Below, one piece after another: positions 31,244 to 41,135 of a stretch of 41,135 bases of DNA; the stretch's first letter is position 1; every line of letters begins with the position of its first letter. Below the pieces are notes generated by a model. It saw only the letters and a list, made by a program, of their open reading frames with translations. It had not been told where the DNA came from and searched no databases. The DNA is taken from the NCBI GenBank assembly GCA_040357565.1, contig JBDODJ010000100.1; one strand, given 5' to 3'. This DNA is from Cercozoa sp. M6MM. Its lineage: Eukaryota; Protista; Endomyxa: Ascetosporea. Both the position numbers and the translations under genes were made by a program.

Positions 31244-34200
31244 TCATACAGTACTCGACAGCAAGGACGCGAGTGCCGGCAGCAAGAATGCGAGGGACGA
31301 TTGCACGCCGACTGCAGCGCCCGAAACGTCATCATCTGCGTTTGCATCACTCATTTAATTTACTGCACCTCCTGTCACGACACAAGACAGCTTGAAAATT
31401 ACCAGGCAGCGTGCTGGTCGGTTTAGGACACGCTATGCGCAAACTGGACGCAGGAAGCGTGTTCAGAATAGGAAGATGCGAGGGTATAGTAGAAAAAAGG
31501 TACATTTCGATCGGACTGGGAGGCAGACGTTCCGCATCGATATCCAGGCGCAGCGTGAGATTGCTGCCCGGTAGATCAGCGAGCGTGTGCAGTCGTGGCA
31601 TGTACACAACCACTTTATTGCTCGGAGTGTCGCATAAACTGTTCCAGCAGGTTTAGTGTAGTTCACAGCACATCCACATTGACCCAAAGTACCTCTTGTG
31701 CGAGTCAAGCAAGTCAAGTCCGTGCTGGCTTGTCAGCTGTGAATGTACATTGTTAAATTCTTCGTATCCTCCCAGTGAACCGACCGCGCGGACTTAGTTC
31801 AAGAAATGAAATTGGACAGACCTTGTAAATACAAAAACGACGCACGTAGTAAGAACTCTTGTTGTCATCGAGGCCTAAGAGTGTGTAGAGAATCCTTCAG
31901 TTTCACAGTTTTACAGAAAACGATTGACAACTGAGTTAAAAAAAAAAACTCACATTGTTCAGGCTGCAAAGTAACAGTGACTCCATCTGACAAATGCACG
32001 TCCACCTATACAACAGAAAATAGGTGTGAGTGCACGCTTCAAGTGCAATTTGTTGTACCTCTAGTGCCTGCAGCAAAAGCGGCGACATTTTGTCTTGGTT
32101 CATGCATACTTCTCGTCGAAAACCGACATGTAGTCGGCCTAGCAAAAGGTAGTAGTTTAGCCACTGCTGCTGCATCAAAGCACACAAGAAAACACGGGCA
32201 CCTTGTTGGGGTGCTTGCCGAACAACGAGTGAGCGGTGATCTTGGAAATTCCGATCGAAAACACGATGATGTCCTCATGGACTGCTTTGCCATTTCTCCA
32301 CTGCCAACAACTCAAGGTTAATATAACCCTCCACAGAAGTGAAAGTGTACATCGCCACGTCGTTGCAAGTCGAGTTGATTCACAACGTCTACGAAGCTCC
32401 AGCGACGCTCAGCTGACGCCAGCAGCTTAGCAAAAGTGCCCTACCATATATATACTGGCTATCTATGTGTATATGTTCAATTTAAATATACTTGTATCGT
32501 AAAGATAAAGCGGTACGTTTGCGGAGGCGTTGCGCAAGTCGATTTCGACATTGAAAAATCGGGTCAGTTTGTCCAAGCCCGGTAGTTCAAAGTCACAGAA
32601 ACCCTGAGACAACACAAACTTTCCTAGGTGAAGCTACTAACGAATAATGTTAATGGGGAGTTACGCTCGTATTAACAGGAACGGTGTGCTGCAGCACTGT
32701 GCCGTTGCCTACCACTCCAGTCAGACGGCATTCGATGCCTTTGCTAGTCTAAACAAACAAAACACACTCGCAAGGTGAATAATCGTGAATTTTAAAGCAA
32801 AAGTTGCTGTTTCTGGCAGTAAAAGGCAGCACTTAAAGTTTGTACCTCTGAATCGAGCGCAACAAAGTCTTGCGTCGGATACTCGAGTTCGAATCTCTCA
32901 AGCTGCAGCGTCGCCTGTCCAGTGAGTACACGTCTTGACCATCAATATAGAGACGAGTACCGGAAAAAGAAGGCGTTGCAATCTTACGGAAGCCACATCG
33001 TTATCGCGACGGTATTTCATCACCGTCGTCGACAGTGAAGGTTTCAAAGCGACCGACAAGCCGCTGTTTGAATCAAATTCAACACGACTAAAATCAAAAG
33101 CAAACTAATGAAGTGAATGAAGTGATTGATACGTGTCTGTGTTGAAGCTGGCTCGGCAGTTGCGACGTTCGATATCGTCGGTAGTGCGGAACAAGAATTG
33201 ATCCCAGTCTATATTTGTCATTGTTCAAGCATACTGGATTGGATTTAAATTTACAGTGCGGGGGGCAGCTTTTGAAAGCTAATTCATCTGGCAACGCCTG
33301 CACCGCGTCCTATGAATTTAATATGGTTCGTCAGTTCAGTTCAGTTGGAACATGTGACATATCAACGCAATGAGAAGTTACCTCAAAAGAGACAAACACT
33401 GACGCGAGTAGTGGACAAATGTTCGTACTCGTCGAAATTCCCCAATCCAGCACGCTTGCAACTACGTAGAAATAGGCGTGAAACGTCAATGATTCGAGTC
33501 TTAAATATTCAGCAATGGTATTACAGTTCAGACTGCACAATCGAAGTTCCAGATTAGAGCCACCATTGGCCAGTTGTTTCCTGTTGCATACACACAAGTA
33601 CAGTCCTTGCCAAAGATGAAACAGTTGGTGCGATGGATGATACAAGCCGTAGTCTTGCAAGGTAATTACGATTTTCTCCAGTTGTGTCAGTTTGCTGGCC
33701 GAAACAATGCCGCTCAGTTTGTTTTGTGAACGATCAGGCCTGGAGAACACATCTCAGTTTGTCCTTCTTCCGGACAGCTCACATCTTCATACAATACCAG
33801 CCACTGGCACCCGCCTTGTAGACTACGAATAGATTGCGTAAGGTGGTCACCTTGTCCAAGAGCACTTGAGCGGCCGGCGGAATGCCCATGATCATTACCT
33901 ATTAGTGAAAATTAAAGCAGAAACAAAAAAGCCACGGAATAGTTCTATAATTAAGTTTTTACACTGGACGGGAGAGCAGGACTCATCGTCTGCAATGGTT
34001 GCAAGAAACTACAAAAGAAGTACTGGTAGTATCATAGAATATGAAGAACAAGCGTCTATGCTAAACGCTTACGTTGTTTCAAAGAAATCTCGCCACGCAG
34101 CGACTACATGCGTGCCGTTCCAGTAGTCCGACACACCCTGCAATTCAACCACAAATCCCTTTGTGAAGAATATCAACACAAATGCAAAAACACTACCTTC

Positions 34201-35747
34201 ATTTCGAGTCGGTAGTCGACAGACTCAGTCGCATCCGAGGCAAGACGTGTCACCAAGCACTGCAGACCCTCGAGCATGTCCTCCGTGTAAGTCTGCACCC
34301 ATCGCATGAATCAAACTGCAAAAAAAAAGAACTATCGGTACATGGATTGGTACTATACCTCATTGGGCAAGCCCAACGGAAGGATGTCGTCGTGGTACAG
34401 CTCAAAATGCACCGAAGCATGCGAAGCGAGTTGAGTCTCGGGTGCGCAAAAGGCTGCTTTCACCAAGTGACCCACCTAAACAGTTGAAAAGAAAATGAAA
34501 ATAAATCGTAAATCTAAATGTAAGTTTACCGAGTTTGATATTTGTGTAAACTTACATTAGCGTCAGCGGCAAAAGGCGACGTAATGCTCAGACTCACATA
34601 GGAGAGGGTTCCCTTGGTAGAAGGGATCACTGTCACATTCGAAGGTACTGGCATTGTCATCTACGGTATTGAGGGGATTAAAACAGGTGCCAGGAGACAT
34701 GATGTGTTGCTTACGTTGGGATTGACGCCGCGAACATATAGGGTTTCCGTATGAGACAGGTCAAGATTCAAGCTCTGATTTTATATCAGTGCGATATACA
34801 AGTACTGAACATATAACTAATTATTCCCCGGATAAGTCTGAATTATACCTGAGTGATGGAGCTGGCCAGGTCGATGGTAGAACCTGAAAGCTCCGCGCGT
34901 TGCAACTCGCCATTCACCGACACGGTGCCCACATGCATCTGCCATCACACCATAAATTTACATTAATTTCTGAGGCACTGTTCATCATAGCTACTAAGTG
35001 AGTGTGTGTACTATGTACATGAGGAAGACGTAGCTCCTCCAACGGTGTCTTGGTTGACACCTCGAGAGACGACACCAGGCTCTGCACAACACTTGTTGCT
35101 GGTCGAAAAACCCAGGAAGCAAGCAGTATATAATTTACATCAAAGGCAAAGACTCCAAGTGGCGCATCGCCAAACGACAAGGACAGAGTTTGCGCCGTTG
35201 ATTCCAGAGACGTGTCAATTAGAGGCACCTGGACGTTTATGCAAATGCATTTTACTTTACAGTTCTTTTTTTATTGAGCTGTTTGAAGCGGTAAATTGTA
35301 CCTGCTGCAACAAGGCGCTAGTTTTGGCGTCGGCAGTCTCCAAAGCGAGGTCGTTCGGTAGTCCTAGTTGCTTCCATGTGAACTCTAGTGCCCCTAACGT
35401 GTCTTGAGCAGTCTCCAGTGGCAACTTGCAGTACCGCTATTAGAGTAAACTTAAATTAAATTTACTTGTACAAGTGAGTATTTTTTATTCGATGCAAACA
35501 ATTTGAGGACCTCACCGACAAGAAAAACGAGCTGCAGTCACTGCTGCGAATTCTCTCGAATGCAAGTGTCGACGATGCCACGTTGTTCTCCTGTGCTCAC
35601 ACACAAAGTTTTTAGTAGCGATAAAGTAAGTTTAATTTACATTGTCTCTAGTACCAGACAGAGTGCAATGCATTCGTCGGGCAGCGGCAGTTCCAGAGCC
35701 ATCGTATGCCCCGCTAGAGCAAGTATCACGAGTGAAAGCAGCGGCAT
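31244..35747 (-). CDS. Uncharacterised predicted GPI-anchored surface protein, paralog A (~31 exons; 1-nt deletion in one exon)
   Basis: Signal peptide MPLLSLVILALAGHTMA. Exons are homologous one-for-one to paralog B. C-terminal DDVSGAAVGVQSSLAFLLPALASLLSSTV* has small residues followed by a hydrophobic end and no cytoplasmic tail. Confidence 0.75.
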
Positions 35748-36183
35748 TCTATGTTTCTCGTTGCACAAACTTCAATTTCAAATCAACCTCACAAGTTTAG
35801 CTGTTGCAAGAAGGCGGAAAGGTTCTACACTGTTGCAAGGAGAGGAAAAGCAAACAACAGCCAAAAAGTATCAATAACTGAAATGACCATTTTAGGACAT
35901 CATTCATGGTGCAGTGAAGCGGTGCAGCCAGTCGTGACTTTGAACTGCAACTGGCTTCCGTTCTTTGGAATTGATTCTTCCGTGTTTCTGGCTGCAGTGG
36001 ATCAGCCGAGATGCTCTAACAAAGCGTACTAAGTACCTTAGAACGATAATACATCGCGAGAATCCAACCTTGATGCTGGATGGGAGAAAAGGACGCAGTG
36101 GTGTCTAGCGCACAGGCAGGGATCGCTTAGATCTTTACTCCGCGCCACTTCAATAGCTTTTATCACATGTACTATGTCCAATT

Positions 36184-39100
36184 CTAGTGGAGCAGTGACA
36201 GCAAGCACAAGAGCGCCGGCACAAGCGAAACCGCGAGCGACAAGGCTGCGTCGGGAACGTCGTCACCTGCATCAGTGATTTTGCATCAGGTGCGAGTAGC
36301 TTTTGTAAAAAACAAGTCTACCGGGCGACGTGCTGGTCGGCACAGGCGTCGTTGACGCCCCGCCGCGCTCGCGTTCGGGACACGCCGTGTTCAAACTAGA
36401 GCAACACAAGCAAGGTAAGGATCGAGCAGTGAAATGTTGGGGAAATAACGGAGAAAGGTACACTTCAACTGCACTGGGCGGCACAACGGTCGTGCGCAAT
36501 GCGAGACCGCTGCCCGGCAGATCAGCGAGCGTGTGCAGTCGTGGCATATGCACAACCACTTGATTACTCGGAGTGTCGCACAAACTGTTCAACAACTATA
36601 GTGTAGTCCACAGCACATCCACGTTGGCTTAAGTGTACCTCTTGTGCGATCCAAGCAGGTCAAGTCCGTGCTGGCTAGTCAACTGAGCAAAGTCATTATA
36701 TTTCCCAAGTGAACAGACTGTGCGGAATCGTTCACAGAAACGAGATTCAACTGACCTTGTAAAGGCAGAAACGGCCCACTTGGAAAGAGCTCTGGTTGTC
36801 ATCGATGCCTAAGAATACGATCAATCGTTAATTCTTAAACAACAACTGAATGAAAAAGATAAAAATTCACATTGCTCAGGTTGCAAAGTCACAATGACGC
36901 CATCAGGCAGATGTACGTCCACCTGGGTACAGTGTCGGCGAGACGTGAACACATCTACTTAATTGCACTGTGGTGTTTACCTCGAGTGCTTGCAGCAAAG
37001 GTGACGACATCTCAGTTCTGTTGACGACATACTTGTTGTCGAAAACCGACATATAGTTGGCCTAAACACCAACGTTAGGTTGATACTGCTGCAACACAAA
37101 CACCAAAAAAGGAAACCCGCGTACCGGTGTGGAGAACAGCAGGTCCTTTGTGATTGTGGCGATTCCAACTGAAAACACGATCGTGTCCTCGTCGGCCAAA
37201 TTGCCGTTTCTCAACTGAAAAATTTGACAGAACACAATGTTTTGCCTTCGTATTTTCAGCCAGCCAGGCGAGAACTGAAAGCAACACACATCGCCACGTC
37301 GCTGCAAGTCGAGTTGATTCGCGACGTTTCCTTGGCTCGTACGACTCTCAGTCGACGCATACAGCTTCGCAAACGTGCCCTGCCATAGATATGACAGCAA
37401 GAGTTACGTCACCTTAATTTATCAAAAGAAAACTGATACGCTTGCAGAGGTGTTGCGCACGTGCATTTCGACATCGAAAAGTCGAGTTGCTTTGCTCAGA
37501 CCGGGCAATTCAAAGTTACACTCACCCTGGGACAATACAGCAATCGATGATACATGGCAGGAAGAACAAACTGAAGTTTTACACTTGTCGTGTTGACAGG
37601 CACAGTGTGCTGCAGCACTGTGCCGTTGCCTACCGTTCCCGTCAGACGGCACTCGATACCTTCGCTGGTCTGAACAAACAAGTATGTTCATTGTACATTC
37701 GCACAGACCAAATCACCCGTTTTTCCGCTGTACCTCTGAATCGAGAGCAACGAAGGACAGCGTTGAAACAGAGTCGAATCTCTTGAGCAAAACGGTCACC
37801 TGTTTCACGTTGAAGAGTGTCGGAAACTCAGAATCGACATCGGATGTAATCTTACGGAAGCAACGTCTGCATCCTGACGGTACTTTGTCACTGTCGTCGA
37901 TAGCACAGGTTTCAAAGCGACCGACAGACCACTGTTTGATTCAAAAAAAGAAAATACCACCTAGGCAAAGTAGGGATATGAACACTGTACGTCTCAGAAT
38001 TGAAGCTAACACGACAGTTGCGACGTTCGGTGTCGCCGGCAGTTCGTTGCAGGAACTGATCCCAATCTGCACTCGTTTTTCGTGTGCTCTTTAGGCCCAC
38101 AAGTTGTTTACAGAAGTGATTTGTACAACTTGAGTCGCAATTTTCCGTTGCCAGTTCGTCCGGAGACGCTAGCTGCGCGTCCTGGAGGTCAAACACAGAT
38201 TCGTCAGTTCAAAGTCAAACGATGTTTAAGTGGCAGCATTCTTTGTTTGAGCTGACTACCTCAAATGACTCAAACACAGAGGCGAGTAGTGGGCAGATGT
38301 TTGAGGTTGAAGAGCTCCAATCCAGCACACTCGCAACTGCACGCATCAAACAAAGTTGACAATGCAAGCGGCGTTCAGATTCAGGTTGGTTTGCGTCTTA
38401 CTGTTCAGACTGCACAAACGAAGGTCCAGATTTGAGGCTCCGTTTGCCATTTGTTTCCTGTTCACGTGTAGAATTAAGGCAAGATTTAATGCAATAGCTT
38501 CGCGCCGGTCTGTGTGTCTGTGTGCAAGGTACAAATTCTGGCCAGCCAGGTAGATCTTGATTTTGTCCAGTTGTGTCGCTTTGCTGGCCGAAACAACGCC
38601 GCTCAGTTCGTTCAGCGAAGCATCAGGCCTGAATAAAAACACTGCGACCACACAAACACAATACGAGTCACGCAATGCAAACATACCAACCACTAGTATC
38701 TGCCTGGTAAGTGACACTCAACTCGTGGAAGGCAGGCACGTTGTCCAAGAGCACTTGAGCGCCAGGCGGAATGTACACAAGTTGCACCTATGTGCACGAT
38801 AATTGATGAAGACAAACTAGAGTAAGTCTGGGCAAACATACAGTCGAAGGAAGAGAAGGGCTCATCGACTCCAACGGTTGCAAGAAACTACAAAAAGAGT
38901 ATCAACAATATCTTAAATTGTACGTGGAATTACAACTAGGAAGCCGAAAGAGTAAATGTACGTTTCCTCAAAGAAGTTTCGCCACGCAGCAACGACGTTC
39001 GTGTCATTCCAGAAGGTCGACACACTCTGCAGCCGGCAAAGATATTCGTATCGACACCACTTCGTACACAGTTAAACCTTTATGTGCAGTACCTTCATTT

Positions 39101-40585
39101 CAAGTCGGTACTTGACAGACTCAGTAGCATCCGAAGCAAGACGCGTCGCCAAACACTGCAAACCCTCGCGCATGTCGTTCGTGTATGTCTACAAATATTG
39201 AAGTCGGCTATTTATCCGGATTTTGAATGCTATCAAATGTGTATGTACAGCACTGTACCTCATTGGGCAAGCCCGACGGCAGAACGTCGTCGTGGTACAG
39301 CATAAGTCGCACCGAGGTACGCGGCGCGAGTCGCATCTCGGGTGCGCAGAACACCGATTTCACCAGGTGCCCCACCTACAGTAAATTGGTAAGAACGTCT
39401 CCCGCAGTTGTAAAAAATTTGGAACAAGAAGTTAGAATTATGTACATTAGCATCAGCGGCAAATGGCGACGCAATGTTCAAATTAACAGAGGAGAGGATT
39501 CCCTTGGAGGGAATCACTGTCACGTTCACGGCAGCCGGTACTGTCATCTAAATTCGTCAATACGTTGCAAGTACAAAAGCCCTGAAATCTAAACATAAAA
39601 CGTCACTTACATTAGGGTTGGCCCCGCCAAGAGTGAAGCCGCGCGTATGGGACAGATCGAGTTTCAAGCTCTACAGCAGCAAACAAAAGTGTTTTCGGCA
39701 GCTGTTTTACAACACTGATACCCGAATTGATCACTTATCAATACAGTACTACCTCACTCACAGAATTCGCCAATTCGATGACAGAGCCTGAGAGCTTGGC
39801 GTGTCGCAAATCGCCCTTCACCGACACGGTGCCCACACGCATCTGTCATCCAAGTATCTCGTACATCATTTTCGACAGGCGCGTATACAACTTACATTGG
39901 GAAGACGCAGTTCCTCCAGCGGTGTCACGGTTGTTATCTTTACGGACGACACCAAGCTCTATCAACGGCACAGCATGTCCGTAACACGAGTTTTAAAAGG
40001 CAAAGCAGTGGCAGTACATCAAAGGCAAAGACGCCAAGTCGTACATCGTTGAACGAGAAGGACAGGGACTGCGCCGTGGATTCCAAAGGCGACTCCAGTA
40101 TTGGCACCTACCCAAGACCAATCGGAAACGATTCTCTCTGATACCTAACGTTTTTACCTGCTGCAACAAGGTGCTCGTGTCGGCATCATCAGTCTCCAAT
40201 ACATGACCGTAGTGCGACAGGCCTGGTCGCGTCAGTGCGAGATCCAGTGCGGCTACCGTGTCTTGTGCCGTTTCCAGAGGAAGCTTGCAGTTCCTCTGAA
40301 TGCGTAAAGCTTTTTACAGGTAAAACTGTCATTTAATCATAGCGAGCATGCGGATAACTCACCGACACGAAAAACGAGCTGCAGTCGCTGTTGCGTACGG
40401 TCTCAAATGCGAGAGTTGACGAAGCCACATTATTCCTCTGCACCCGCTGTTTGTTCCTACCTGGTGATAGATACGGATCCTGAATGTACCTGACAGAGGG
40501 CGACGCAGTCATCGGGCAGCGGCACCTTCAACGCCACCACGTGCGCCACGAGCGTTATGAGTGAGAGCCACAACATTTGCCTCAT
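36184..40585 (-). CDS. Uncharacterised predicted GPI-anchored surface protein, paralog B (~31 exons)
   Basis: Signal peptide MRQMLWLSLITLVAHVVA. Same exon series as paralog A (PLPDDCVALC, SSTLAFE..DCSSFF, CKLPLETAQDT, KQMANGASNLDLRLCSLN, GIECRLTG.VGNGTVLQHTVP, MPRLHTLADLPGS). C-terminal DDVPDAALSLAVSLVPALLCLLSLLH*. Confidence 0.78.
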
Positions 40586-40910
40586 CGCCTGCAGGATAAC
40601 TTGAACTACAACTGTGATTTTGTTGCGCAAAGTTAGCTGTGTCTCGTTCCTAAACAATCGATACTCCCTTTTGATCACTGCCATCATTTTTAAATTTACA
40701 CATATATTTTAAAAAGTTGTTACAAGAAATATAGTGCGTTGTGAGCGTTTCCAGTCGCTTTTTCGTGCTTAGGGCACTAACAAAAGAAAATGTCTCAGTG
40801 CAAGGGCAAGTCAAAGCTTGATAAAAATGCCTGCGTCGTGAAGCTTGCACATTGCTTTGGTAAAACAGACGAGAGTTCTGTATCGTTTGATGGACACACA
40901 TCGCTATCCA

Positions 40911-41135
<225 letters not shown>

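Noticed and set aside
31244-40585. The ~4.5-kb direct repeat as an LTR element or transposon
   Set aside because: Similarity is concentrated in spliced exons with codon-position bias, and there are no RT, integrase or transposase motifs or terminal repeats.

Overview
Gene-dense, intron-rich eukaryotic DNA, probably from a flagellated protist (inference). Introns are mostly about 50-70 nt GT-AG, there are many intronic (GT)n microsatellites, and there are two 10-N assembly gaps. The ORF track is fragmented by introns, so I spliced the gene models by hand. Recognisable genes: an MBOAT lysophospholipid acyltransferase (-), a DUF5690-family membrane protein (+), VPS35L (-), a beta-carbonic anhydrase (+), calmodulin (-), a type I membrane protein with an M6PR/ATG27-like TM and tail (-), a SHPRH/IRC20-like SNF2-RING helicase (+) and a small SMIM4/UQCC5-like protein (-). 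Two things stand out. First, a gene splices in frame from an outer-dynein-arm docking complex coiled coil (ODAD1/CCDC63/Chlamydomonas DC2-like) into an annexin core, directly upstream of calmodulin. Second, there is a tandem pair of roughly 31-exon paralogs encoding unrecognised signal-peptide plus GPI-signal surface proteins. One copy carries a 1-nt deletion that either truncates it before the GPI signal or is rescued by an upstream splice acceptor. No rRNA, tRNA, CRISPR array or mobile element was recognised. Family calls rest on recalled motifs, not database searches.
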